NCBI GenBank assembly: GCA_963758915.1
Contig: CAVWXH010000003.1
Span: 32,001 to 96,000, forward strand
DNA from: an uncultured Methanomicrobiales archaeon
Lineage (GTDB): Archaea > Halobacteriota > Methanomicrobia > Methanomicrobiales > Methanospirillaceae
DNA length: 64,000 bases
Reading direction: 5' to 3'
Shown here piece after piece: positions 42,133 through 52,417 of the stretch. The position numbers were made by a program, and so were the translations under genes. Position 1 is the first letter of the stretch, and every line of letters begins with the position of its first letter. The notes beneath the pieces were generated by a model. It saw only the letters and a program-made list of their open reading frames with translations, was not told the origin of the DNA and ran no database searches.

Positions 42133-43272
42133 ATGAAACAGGAAGATTATGGTCCAATCTCTGGTTCAACAATTTTCAAAGGTATTTCAGGCAGGAAAGC
42201 AATAATAATGGCAGCGAACACGCGGATTACTACTGTTGCAAAGGGAATTTTCCAGGCCGCAAAAGATACAGATTCTGCCGTATTTATGGAACTCGCACGT
42301 TCTGAATGTGACCTGAAAGGTGGGTATACAGGATTAACACCGAACGATTTCGGGGAGAGAATCCGCGAAGCAGCGATGGAGGTGCAGTTTGATATCTGGG
42401 CCCTTCACGCGGATCATATCACGATTAAGAAAGGGGATGCAACTGAGATCGAGCAGACAAGGCTGCTGATCAATGCCCAGGTCGCCGCAGGGTATACTTC
42501 TTTTGCCATCGATGCCTCGCACCTCTTTAATTTTGAAGGTAAAAATGTCAGGGAAGAACTGGAACAAAATATAGCGGTCACGACAGAACTGGCACATTAT
42601 ATCAAGAGCAGGATGAAAGGGAAGGATTTCGGCCTTGAAGTGGAAGTGGGGGAGATCGGGAGAAAAGACGGGCAGGGCATGATCCTGACCAAGCCCGAGG
42701 AAGCTGTAGAATTTATCAAGGGTTTACATGAGAACGATATAATTCCCCAGGTCCTTGCGATTGCCAACGGAAGCACGCATGGCCATGTGTACGATGAGAA
42801 AGGGAACGTGGTCGAGCAGCTTTCGATCGATATCCCACAGACAAAGGCGGTCGCAAAAGCACTCCGGGACAATAAGCTGAATGTCGGTATCGCCCAGCAT
42901 GGTATTACCGGCACACCCCGTGACCTCATTAACCAGCATTTCCCGAAAGGGGATATTATTAAGGGAAATGTCGGGACATTCTGGCAGGACGTCGTTTTGG
43001 ACACCTTCAAGGTATACGAACCCGGACTCTACAAGGATATCCAGGAATGGACACTTGAGAAATACCGGGCTGCAAACCCAGGTAAATCGGACAGGCAGAT
43101 CGTTGATGGCAACTGTAAATTTGCAATTAAGGAGTTTTTCAGGGAAATCTATGCCGTTAATGAAGATACAGAAAAGGCGATCCAGGCAATGGCGTATGCT
43201 GAAAGCCTTGTATTTTTTAAAGCATTCAGCTCGTACGGGTCAGCTTCACTTGTGCGAAAATATATGTCGTAA
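42133..43272 (+). CDS. Class II fructose-bisphosphate aldolase
   Basis: LHADH, DASH, EVEVGEIG, ANGSTHG, AQHGITG, KGNVGT. Confidence 0.9.
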   Translation: MKQEDYGPISGSTIFKGISGRKAIIMAANTRITTVAKGIFQAAKDTDSAVFMELARSECDLKGGYTGLTPNDFGERIREAAMEVQFDIWALHADHITIKKGDATEIEQTRLLINAQVAAGYTSFAIDASHLFNFEGKNVREELEQNIAVTTELAHYIKSRMKGKDFGLEVEVGEIGRKDGQGMILTKPEEAVEFIKGLHENDIIPQVLAIANGSTHGHVYDEKGNVVEQLSIDIPQTKAVAKALRDNKLNVGIAQHGITGTPRDLINQHFPKGDIIKGNVGTFWQDVVLDTFKVYEPGLYKDIQEWTLEKYRAANPGKSDRQIVDGNCKFAIKEFFREIYAVNEDTEKAIQAMAYAESLVFFKAFSSYGSASLVRKYMS

Positions 43273-43326
43273 CCATTCACCACAATTTTTTTCTCCTGTA
43301 AAGAGATTCTATAGTGTGAATCCTTT

Positions 43327-44424
43327 ATGCCCAAAACCACGATTTCCGTTATAAAAGCGGATGTGGGAAGTTTTCCCGGGCACTCCCGCACCCACCCGAA
43401 GCTCCTGGAGAAGGCAGCCAGGCTGCTCAAAGACCAGGAAGGCAAGCTGCTGATCGACTCGTTTGTCACCCACTGCGGCGATGACCTTGAACTGATAATG
43501 ACGCACACCCATGGCGTGGACAATGAAAAGGTCCACAAGCTCGCATGGGAGGTATTCATGGAGTGCACAGCGATTGCAAAAAACATGAAACTCTATGGTG
43601 CGGGACAGGATATGCTCGCAGATGCCTTTGCAGGTAATGTCAAGGGGATGGGACCCGGTGTTGCCGAGATGGAATTCGAGGAACGGGGCAGCGACCCCGT
43701 GCTGGTCTTTATGGCAGATAAAACAGAACCCGGTGCATGGAACTTCTTCCTCTACAAGATCTTTGCCGATCCGTTCAACACGGCCGGACTTGTCATTGAC
43801 CCATCGATGCACAAGGGATTTGTCTTTGAGGTCCACGACCTTATCGAAAAACGTATGATCAGGTTTTCATGCCCTGAAGAGATCTACAGTCTCCTCGTAT
43901 ACATCGGGGCACCATCGCGGTACGTAATCAAGCATGTGTTCAAAAGAGATGGTGAGATCGCGGCATCGACCAGCACCCAGCGCCTGAACATGATGGCAGG
44001 GAGGTACATCGGGAAAGATGATCCGGTCATGATCGTCCGTTCTCAGAGCGGTTTTCCCGCTGTCGGGGAAGTAATTGAACCGTTCTGTACTCCGGTACTG
44101 GTGGCAGGATGGATGCGGGGGTCACACCACGGGCCCTTTATGCCGGTCGGCCTGTGCGATGCAAACTGTACCAGGTTCGATGGCCCGCCGAGAGTTGTCT
44201 GTCTGGGCTTCCAGCTCTGCAATGGCAGGCTGACAGGCCCGGCTGACATGTTTGATGACCCGGCCTTTGACCGGGTCCGGGGCCGGTGCAATGACCTTGC
44301 CGATTTGATCCGTGCGCATGGCCCCTTCGAACCCCACCGGCTCTCTCTTGATGAGATGGAATACACGACCCTTCCTGCGGTAGAGAAAGAATTAACGTCG
44401 CGGTGGGAGCCGATCCCCAGATAA
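43327..44424 (+). CDS. Bifunctional FBP aldolase/phosphatase (class V FBPase)
   Basis: KADVG, GDD, LYGAGQD, DKTEPGA, YIGKDDP, GWMRGSH. Confidence 0.95.
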   Translation: MPKTTISVIKADVGSFPGHSRTHPKLLEKAARLLKDQEGKLLIDSFVTHCGDDLELIMTHTHGVDNEKVHKLAWEVFMECTAIAKNMKLYGAGQDMLADAFAGNVKGMGPGVAEMEFEERGSDPVLVFMADKTEPGAWNFFLYKIFADPFNTAGLVIDPSMHKGFVFEVHDLIEKRMIRFSCPEEIYSLLVYIGAPSRYVIKHVFKRDGEIAASTSTQRLNMMAGRYIGKDDPVMIVRSQSGFPAVGEVIEPFCTPVLVAGWMRGSHHGPFMPVGLCDANCTRFDGPPRVVCLGFQLCNGRLTGPADMFDDPAFDRVRGRCNDLADLIRAHGPFEPHRLSLDEMEYTTLPAVEKELTSRWEPIPR

Positions 44425-44581
44425 AATCCAGTTTATTTTTTGTTTTCCGTCCCAAAATTGGATTGTTTCCCGGAAAATCCGTTGTATCATGATTAGGCGG
44501 GTCACGGGTTACTTCATATGGGGAGCTCGTTTTTCTGCCATATGAGAAACTTTAATTACCTGTCGCCCTAAATTAAGGCAG

Positions 44582-44821
44582 ATGGTTAACGGAATCGTAC
44601 TTCCCATAAAAAAGGTATTTTCTCTTGTTGATTCGAAAATTACCGTAGAAATAAAAGATGATGGGAGAAAATTACAGGGTCGTCTTGTCGCAGTGGATGA
44701 GTACCTCAATATCCACATGGAAGAGACAACCGAACTGAATGACAACAACCAGCGGGGAAGAAACCTCGGAACCGTCGTGATTCGGGGCAACAATATCCTT
44801 TCGATCTCACCGGTCCTCTGA
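44582..44821 (+). CDS. Sm-like (Lsm) RNA-binding protein
   Basis: G.L.AVDEYLNI...GTVVIRGNNI. Confidence 0.92.
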   Translation: MVNGIVLPIKKVFSLVDSKITVEIKDDGRKLQGRLVAVDEYLNIHMEETTELNDNNQRGRNLGTVVIRGNNILSISPVL

Positions 44822-45180
44822 TGAGTGAACTTATGAACAATCCGATCGAAGAGGCACTGAAGGTAATCCAGTCCAAGCCTGAAGGCGTTCTCCAGAGCGA
44901 GCTCTGGAAGATCCTTGACGTTGACAGCCGCAAATGCTCAAGAATTGTGAAGAAACTGGTCGACACCGGGCTGATCGAACGGACAGAATTCAAAAAAGAT
45001 GGTATTAAGACCTTCGTCCTGAAGGCAACCAAGCGTCCACTGGACCCCAACCAGATCCTTGCCGGTGAAGAGCTGATCCCCTGCATTGGTTGTGAAGAAG
45101 AATGTAATGTGATAGATTGCAGCAGGCTTATGGACTGGATGTACCAGCTTGCGATTGCCGAGGCTGAAGAAATAACCTGA
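44821..45180 (+). CDS. Archaeal RPC34/TFE-beta-like winged-helix + FeS protein
   Basis: GVLQSELWK winged helix and C-terminal PCIGC...C....C..L.DW; adjacent to Lsm. Confidence 0.8.
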   Translation: MSELMNNPIEEALKVIQSKPEGVLQSELWKILDVDSRKCSRIVKKLVDTGLIERTEFKKDGIKTFVLKATKRPLDPNQILAGEELIPCIGCEEECNVIDCSRLMDWMYQLAIAEAEEIT

Positions 45181-45293
45181 TAGATTCTTAAATCTATCTT
45201 GCCCCGGATCTTTCCTGCCATTTTCGTAAAATAGTTATACGTTCACCCCACCCGGCACCCCGGGATTTGTTAATTACACGATTAAAAAAAAAA

Positions 45294-45447
45294 CGCTCTG
45301 TAGAAACACACATGAACGATAAATTCACACCCGGGACCCTGCCCGAAGAATATCTTAATTGGGGTGGGGCAGGGAGGGGGTGAAACCCCATCATGTCTTC
45401 GTATTTCCCTCTTATTTTTTATGACACCGAAGTGTTTCAACAAAGCC
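45294..45447 (+). mobile_element. Short chimeric or internally deleted MITE (154 bp)
   Basis: Subtype-B left end joined at CCCGG to the subtype-A right half ending TTTCAACAAAGCC; flanked by A-runs. Confidence 0.85.
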
Positions 45448-45509
45448 AAAAAAACCATTTGTAATAGTTTATTACCTTTTATGCCCAAGAAAAGGTAGAG
45501 GGGGTCTTT

Positions 45510-46397
45510 GTGGTGTTCTGCCCGGAATGTGGAAAAGAGATACCAGTAGGCAGCAATTTTTGTCTTTTCTGCGGTTCCAGTCTCGACCGTGTCAGGCGAT
45601 TCCTTGAAGAGACCCAGATAACAAAGGACAAGGGTAACCCCCATCTCATGGGGGATATGAGCGATGCAACAAAGTCCAAGGCGGCTGAATGGGTTGCAAA
45701 GGGAGACGTTTGCGTCTCATCTGGCGATGATGAAGGTGCACTCAGGTGTTATACTGCCGCAATAGGTCTTGATCCGTCCAGTTACGATGCATGGAACAGA
45801 AAAGCCGAGCTGCTTGTGCGGATGGGACGCACAATGGAAGCCCGGATATGCAATGAAAATATTATCAACCTGAAAACGACATCCGGCAAAACTTCCTTAC
45901 CTGAACGCTCAACAACCCTTCCTGAAAAGAGCACTCCAAAAGAGACCTATATAGGTGGACTGTCCAGCCCTTCAATAAAACTTTCACTAACTGACGGAAA
46001 GGGCAAGGACCTGGCAGGTGCAATGGGCACAAATGTCGGTGGCTACGGTATCTATGTGACGGACCGGCGGATATTTATCCTAAAAAGCCAGAAGCACGTT
46101 TTTGGCCACCCGAAGGGTCCGGCAATTGGTGGTTTCGTATATGCAGAGTTATTTGGAAGGACGATGGATAGCCTGAAAAGGACCATCGAGGACCTGGAGG
46201 TCTATAAGGAGATCGAGATCGATAAGACAGACCTGCAACAGATTTGCATGAAGAGACCGGTCTTCCTGTCCGGATATATCTCATTTGTTACAAATAACGG
46301 AGAGGTATTGAAGATCTATATAGACCATAAGAACGTGTATGAACCTGTCAGGCAGTTAATGCTCAAGTTCTATCCTGAAAAAGTCCGGATTGTATAA
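45510..46397 (+). CDS. Zinc-ribbon/TPR domain protein
   Basis: FCPECG...FCLFCG, TPR-like segment, PH-like C-terminus (YVTDRRIFI). Confidence 0.75.
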   Translation: MVFCPECGKEIPVGSNFCLFCGSSLDRVRRFLEETQITKDKGNPHLMGDMSDATKSKAAEWVAKGDVCVSSGDDEGALRCYTAAIGLDPSSYDAWNRKAELLVRMGRTMEARICNENIINLKTTSGKTSLPERSTTLPEKSTPKETYIGGLSSPSIKLSLTDGKGKDLAGAMGTNVGGYGIYVTDRRIFILKSQKHVFGHPKGPAIGGFVYAELFGRTMDSLKRTIEDLEVYKEIEIDKTDLQQICMKRPVFLSGYISFVTNNGEVLKIYIDHKNVYEPVRQLMLKFYPEKVRIV

Positions 46398-46528
46398 TAA
46401 TCCAGCCCTGTGGAGATCCCAGGTTTAAAAAAAGGTAAGAGGACTGCTTCGACCGGAGGGGGTTGTACCTCCTCACTTTCCCGATTAGCCCACGGTATCA
46501 GGTCACAGACAGGTGATACGGGAATGGA

Positions 46529-46735
46529 TCATGATACTCTCATTACTACACGTGGTTGTATAGCATTCGTTGGACAGAAACTCTGGCATCTGAAGCACCC
46601 AACACAGATATATTCATTATCAACAACGGCGAGATCGCCATCCATTTTAAAAACACCCATTGTGCATTGCCGGATGCAATTCCCACACCCGTTGCAGAAT
46701 AATGTATCAATGAAAATTTCCATTTCCAGTGTGGG
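46529..46735 (-). CDS. 4Fe-4S dicluster ferredoxin
   Basis: CNGCGNCIRQC and CVGCFRCQSFCP; start uncertain. Confidence 0.85.
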   Translation of the reverse strand, partial: PTLEMEIFIDTLFCNGCGNCIRQCTMGVFKMDGDLAVVDNEYICVGCFRCQSFCPTNAIQPRVVMRVS

Positions 46736-46857
46736 AGAGGGTCCGATAAGCATGGCTATTCCCCAGTCATCTATAGTTTCTTGAATCAGGATATTAAAAA
46801 AACCCATTGACACCTGCGGTCACGGTCAACGCAGAGGGTCAGAAGTTTACAAAAAAG

Positions 46858-47120
46858 CGCTCTGTTGAAAAGCTATAATAGGCACCCAGAATCCTGATTT
46901 TTCTGAAATTTATCTACGCTCTCGGGGCTCCGCCCCGCCGCTGTGGCGCCCCGGTTGAGATAGAGACTACCCCCCCAATACTCTGAAATTAATGAGCCTT
47001 CGGGAAACCCTGCCCGAAGAATATCTTAATGGGGGTGGGGCAGGGAGGGGGTGAAACCCCCTCCTGTCTTCGTATTTCCCTCTTAATTTTTTTATATTAC
47101 CAATTGGTTTCAACAAAGCC
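46858..47120 (+). mobile_element. MITE subtype A, intact copy
   Basis: CGCTCTGTTGAAA...TTTCAACAAAGCC; flanks ACAAAAAAG / ACAAAAAG (TSD differing by one A). Confidence 0.88.
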
Positions 47121-47194
47121 ACAAAAAGATAACATTGCTCTTGAGAAAAGATAAAAATAATTGATGAAATCATCCTAAATCGAAATATAAGCAA

Positions 47195-47267
47195 TACCCC
47201 TGGGCAGATTCGAACTGCCGTCGCCGGATCCAAAGTCCTGCATGATTGACCACTACACTACAGGGGT
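47195..47267 (-). tRNA. tRNA-Gln(UUG)
   Basis: ACCCCTG...CAGGGGT acceptor stem; anticodon loop CT-TTG-GA; T-loop GTTCGAATC. Confidence 0.95.
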
Positions 47268-47467
47268 AATTCTCGAAACTTCTTCCAGAAATTTTTTTAG
47301 TTCCGGAATACAGTCTAGCGTATATATGCTCTGTTATCGAATAAGAATTTACACTTGTTACTGTTTGATTGGACCGTAACGCAATGCCTGGAAGCCCGCC
47401 CCATACATTATACCCTTCAGCACCGGGCGGTAACATTTATCAGGTCAAATCATGCACATTTTCTGCA

Positions 47468-48037
47468 ATGAGACACTTGTACGTGGGCCTGATACTGTCA
47501 GTCCTCGTCATATCGGTACTTGTCCTTGGTGGTTGCACAATGAAGACCGTGGATACAACGGTCCCCACGGTAACACCTACTGCACCCGCCAATTATGTGA
47601 ATACAACTGCAACACCGGTCCTGGTACCGGAGAGACCTAACCTGACGGCAGCAGATGTAGCGTTCCTTAAGAATGCCATAGACCAGGAAAGTGTTTCGCT
47701 CGCAATGATTAGAGATACCGTCATCCTGATAAAAAGTGGTCATTCTGATTCCGCAAAGATCCTCGCGGAATCAGCAGAAAAAAACCTCAGGTCTCAGTAT
47801 AATAATTTATCAGCGCAACCAGTATCCCCGGCATTGCAACCGGTCAAGGATGAAATCCTGGAGGCCATACAGGATGAGATAAACGGATCGCGGAAACTGA
47901 GAAATATTGCTGTTTCTGATAGCGAAATGATGCTTGGTGCATCAAAGGACTACCGAGATGCAGCTGATGAGTTATTCAGATCGGCAAATGTTCACCTGAA
48001 TAATGCACAATCTAAAATTGACGCGTTCAAAAAATAA
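47468..48037 (+). CDS. Hypothetical lipoprotein
   Basis: Signal peptide with LGGC, Pro/Thr linker, helical domain. Confidence 0.7.
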   Translation: MRHLYVGLILSVLVISVLVLGGCTMKTVDTTVPTVTPTAPANYVNTTATPVLVPERPNLTAADVAFLKNAIDQESVSLAMIRDTVILIKSGHSDSAKILAESAEKNLRSQYNNLSAQPVSPALQPVKDEILEAIQDEINGSRKLRNIAVSDSEMMLGASKDYRDAADELFRSANVHLNNAQSKIDAFKK

Positions 48038-48043
48038 AAAAAC

Positions 48044-48397
48044 GGCTTTATTGAAACACACATGACGGGAAATTCACACCCGGACGATTGAAAATACCAC
48101 GTTCAAAATCTCTTATGTTGATGGCCGTTCAGGCTTTTTCATGGGAAACCTTCCCTGTCTATTTTGTACATTAGGATATTCCAGGATTTATTCACGCTCC
48201 CGGGGCTTATGGCCCGCCGATTTGGCGGCCCCGGTTGGGATAGGGTATGATCTCACTAATCTCTGAAATTGCATTGAATGCCCCAATTGAACCCCGCCCA
48301 CGAGTATCTTAACGTGGGTGGGACAGGTGGGGATGAAGCCCCCTCCTGTCTGAGCAGTTCTGTAAATTTTTGATTACACGTAGGATGCCAACAGACC
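48044..48397 (+). mobile_element. MITE subtype B, full length but diverged
   Basis: GGCTTTATTGAAACACACATGA left end, both core blocks, decayed right end CCAACAGACC. Confidence 0.78.
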
Positions 48398-49548
48398 GAA
48401 AAACAGGTCTTTGCCCGATCATGCCGGACGCCGGTGAACTATTCCCCCGGCGACGATAACAGTGCAGTTACTGTTTATCGGGGCCGGGGGGACCAACGGT
48501 GTGGAAATTCCCATTCAATGTATGATTCCCATTGATTTTCAACCCAGTTATTCGCCTTAATTTAAAAATTAAACGTCATTCGTCTGATTTTTCAGGTCCC
48601 GGAAGGAGGGATCCCAATTGCGTCCCGCTGATCGTGCAGGTCTCAAAACAAAGGATCAGCAATGGCAGGGAAAACCGGATCAGAGGAGTGAAATGGGGGA
48701 TCACAAGCTCAAAAGATCATACTTATACTATATAGCAACATGCGGTTTATAAAGAGAATTGCCTGGAGAATTTAACCTCATTATGGACATATTTACGAAA
48801 TGTAGCGGATTTTTCTGTGCTAAATCAACAATTACGGTCCTTCCCGGCACAACATCCCAATCTGAAACAGGAGTGATGTTTCCATGGAGAGGTCTGACAT
48901 CGTCAGGCTGGTTTGTGATGGCTATCAGCTCAGAGTTCTATGAGTTAACCGTTTTCAGGGGAGCACCCCTGGTAAAACAATCTCAACACACAGAAATTGG
49001 CACAAATCCCTTTGTGACATATATCAGGGCAATACAGGAGAACTACCCGGACTTTGATGCTATTAGTTTAACCATATGAATATGTGCCGGGGATTTTCGT
49101 TTAATGACCAATAAAACCGCCTGTTTCCCGGGAGATTTTCATAGCCCGTTTTCAATATACCCCGAGGAATAACAGGTCCGAATATGACCGAACTCACGTA
49201 TGGGAACTTCAGGGTTTCCTGGTATCACCAATAGTCCCGTGCAAGAGTACCTGCAGTAGGGGACTTCCTCAGGAAACCCCAAGCCAGGGAAAGGAGAGGC
49301 ATGACATAGCATAAATAAAGGGTCTTATACCGGGATTTATATCTACATGATAAACAACTGACAATTGAAGTCGAATACCTCAATCAGTAACGGTATTTTT
49401 TTAATTTTTTTAAGGTCTGCAATGTGTCCACAAATTGTCCGGGGACGAACACCCAAAATACGGAGAGGGATACCCGGCCGGTGTAAATTCTTCTTTTCTC
49501 TCCATTTGAGGAATGGACCCCATTTAATTTGTTTTCCGAGAGCGATGC

Positions 49549-50502
49549 CTATTTGTCGCCTCCCTGTTCCGGGTTCTTGCCATCATTCTGATTTGGCTCG
49601 TCCGACAAGGGGAAATATTGCTGGTAGACGCGTTTGCGCTCGTCCAGGTCTGTATGGAGGTAAATTTCCGTAGTCTTGATCGATGAGTGCCCGAGGTTCT
49701 CCTGGACTACACGGAGATTTTTTGACCTGCGGAATAGTTCACTTGCGTAACTGTGTCGTATCTTGTGAGGGGTAATCCCTGCAGGAGCATATCTTTCGAA
49801 CAAATGCTGGACGGTTCTCGGGGAGATGTGGTGCCCCTGCTGCCCGACAAAAAGAGGCCCCTCAATTCGGTTTCCGATGAACGGCTCCATCTCCCTGAGC
49901 GTTTCAGGATCAACAAAAACTGTCCGGATTTTACCCCCTTTCCCTTTTATCCGGATTGTCTGCTCCTCGAAGTCAATATCCTCGATATTCATATTGCAGA
50001 GTTCGGATATCCTGACTCCCGTCGCGTAGATTGTCCGGACCATCAACTTTTCTCTCGTATCCGGGATTGAGGCAATTAACCTGAGCACCTGGCTGTGTTT
50101 CAGGTACCGGAGCTCCTGTTCCTTGATCCTGGGCCGTTCAATTCCAAACATCGGGTTGGATGCAAGTGCACCCTGGGTATAGAGGAACCGGTAAAAAGAG
50201 GTCAGTGTGGAGATCATCCGGTGGAGTGTTTTTGGTTTGTAATTCCTGACCGAGTTCATGAACGTCAGGAAATCAGTCATCATCACGGGCTCAACCTCGA
50301 CATCGGTATCGAGGCGGGCATTCGCATAATCCTTCCAGAGGTCCTCCAGCTTCTCGGGATTGCTGTTTCTCCGGAGCCACAGGTAGTACGCAAATTGTTT
50401 TACCACCTGCTCATAACTCGTGATAGTCCGGGGTGAATAATTCCGCATTCTGAGGTAGTATCCGTAGCGATTGAGCCACTCGGAAAAATAACCACCCTGC
50501 AT
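49549..50502 (-). CDS. xerA: Tyrosine recombinase XerA-like
   Basis: SAM-like N-domain, TGVRISE, KGKGGK, HKIRHS, LGHSS..TT.IY catalytic set. Confidence 0.88.
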   Translation of the reverse strand: MQGGYFSEWLNRYGYYLRMRNYSPRTITSYEQVVKQFAYYLWLRRNSNPEKLEDLWKDYANARLDTDVEVEPVMMTDFLTFMNSVRNYKPKTLHRMISTLTSFYRFLYTQGALASNPMFGIERPRIKEQELRYLKHSQVLRLIASIPDTREKLMVRTIYATGVRISELCNMNIEDIDFEEQTIRIKGKGGKIRTVFVDPETLREMEPFIGNRIEGPLFVGQQGHHISPRTVQHLFERYAPAGITPHKIRHSYASELFRRSKNLRVVQENLGHSSIKTTEIYLHTDLDERKRVYQQYFPLSDEPNQNDGKNPEQGGDK

Positions 50503-50535
50503 GGTCTATTCTTTATTCAGGACACATATTAAACT

Positions 50536-50563
50536 TTTGCGTAGAATACCTATTCTGCGCCAG
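50536..50563. promoter_or_regulatory. dif-like 11-6-11 inverted-repeat site upstream of xerA
   Basis: TTTGCGTAGAA-TACCTA-TTCTGCGCCAG; abuts a TATA-like TTTAATAT on the - strand. Confidence 0.55.
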
Positions 50564-51225
50564 TACGTTTTCACCAGATTGTTTCTAAAGAAAATCAGAA
50601 AATAATATATCGATATTGAGGGTGGAGCTTCCAGTCACCAGTCCTTTCGATACTTTGGGACACATAGTGTCTCATCTACCCTGCTGAATGTTATGATCTG
50701 GTAATCGGATCCACCCTGAAACCAGTGTAAAAATAAACGATTATACGGGGCTTTTATTCGCTCAATACAGCCCTTTACCTCGCACACCTTATAGGAAACC
50801 CCATTCAATGAGTTTATCCTGCATTTTGAGACCACTGCACCGTTTTCCAGATCTTTTTGCTGGATCCCGGGCCTGGTAGGTATTCCAAATAACGGATCAT
50901 CAACAGACCGCTGGATATTGGATCCATATTTCAGGTCACTGAATAAAAAATTATCAAACGGCTAAAAGTGTGATATTCCGAAACCGAATAAGTCTTTTTT
51001 CATTCGGGGGTCGGGTCCCTCTATCGACAGAAGACTTGACATGATTTCAGAATTAGATTCTGATGTTCCAACGGCTATCTCTGGATGTGAAAATTGATGT
51101 ACCATGGCAGTATATCAGTCTGAAACCCGCATAAATCAGGGCTTATGCTGCCTGGTCTGACCTGATATTAGCACTTCAACTTACCAAAAACAGCGAAGGT
51201 CACACCAATGAATATATGAATTTTC

Positions 51226-51482
51226 GGCTCTGTAGAAAAGCTATATTAGGCATCCGGAATCCTGATTATTCTGAAATTTATCTACGCTCTCGGGGCTCCG
51301 CCCTGCCGCTGTGGCGCCCCGGTTGGGATAGAGATATCCCCCAATACTCTGAATTTAATGAGCCTTCGCCGAAACCCTGCCCGAAGAATATCTTAATGGG
51401 GGTGGGGCAGGGGGGGTGAAACCCCCTCCTGTCTTCATATTTCCCTCTTATTTTTTTATATCATAAGGGTTTCAACAAAGCC
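51226..51482 (+). mobile_element. MITE subtype A, joined to the inverted half of the transposase
   Basis: Near-identical to 117-374; right TIR abuts GAAATACC inside the transposase gene. Confidence 0.9.
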
Positions 51483-51484
51483 GA

Positions 51485-51835
51485 AATACCCTGAAAAAGG
51501 CAGATTGCTATGTTCTCGATCGTGGATATGATTCCGAACAAATTCATCTTCAGATCAGAACCGAAATTCATGCTGAATCTATCATTCCGATTCGCGATTG
51601 GAATGCAGTCTATGTTAAGGGGCAGTATAGAAATGAGATGGCGGAGAATTTTGATAGAGAACGATACGGTCAACGTAATAAAGTTGAAACTGTTTTCTCG
51701 GTCATTAAACGAAGATTTGGAGATGAAATTAAAGGTAGATTTTATAGAAGTCAGGTTAAAGAATTAAAACTGAAATGCATTGTTTACTCAGTTGACCTAT
51801 TCTTGAAAAAACAGAGGATTTTCATTACTGACTAG
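51485..51835 (+). pseudogene. Transposase C-terminal half (inverted)
   Basis: NTLKKADCYVLDRGYDSE...YGQRNKVETVFSVIKRRFG (second D and the E of the DDE triad). Confidence 0.9.
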
Positions 51836-51850
51836 GGTTTCAACAAAGCC

Positions 51851-52417
51851 GGTATTTCTTAATAAGGGTCTAGCATGTTTCGTGTCATGCTGCCTGCTTT
51901 TCGTAATTTTTGTACCGAGTATTGTTTGTTTTTCAGTGTCAACAGCAAGAGATATTTTAATAAAATCCCTCCTGGTCTTTTCTGTCCTCATTGAGTAATA
52001 GTAACTGAAATATTCAGTTGGGAAACCTGTAGAATCGATTGCAATTGTTGATACTCGACCGGTATTCTGATAAGAAAAGTTAGTGGCCTGCTTCTGGACC
52101 TCTGTAAGAATTGATGAACTAATTCGAGATGAAAATTTGCACAACGTTGTGAAATGTGGGATCCTAGAGATTCCCAAGCACGTTTGAATTGCGTCCATCA
52201 CTTCAACTAACTCAATAATCTCTCGGTATCTTGCGCCCAGGTATTCTTTGAAAACAAGTAACGCTAGTAATTGGTGCTGATTATAGTCTTTTCGTGAAAA
52301 TTTCGACGAGTATAAAGGAATTTTTGATTCTCTGATGGCATTCATCGTGGCTGTAAGAAAACTGATATGCTTCTGATTTCCATAAAAATATGGCTCTTTG
52401 AGATAGGTTTTGAACAT
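51851..52417 (-). pseudogene. Transposase N-terminal half
   Basis: PHFTTLCKF, IAIDSTGF, FIKISLAVD, QHDTKHA; ends at ...LLRNT then runs into a TIR. Confidence 0.9.

Noticed and set aside
46500-46531. Selenocysteine readthrough of the ferredoxin TGA
   Set aside because: Both Cys clusters are complete before the stop, and Methanomicrobiales are not known to use Sec
49320-49350. Thermococcales-type dif half-site TTATATCTACA
   Set aside because: No matching inverted left arm at 6-bp spacing
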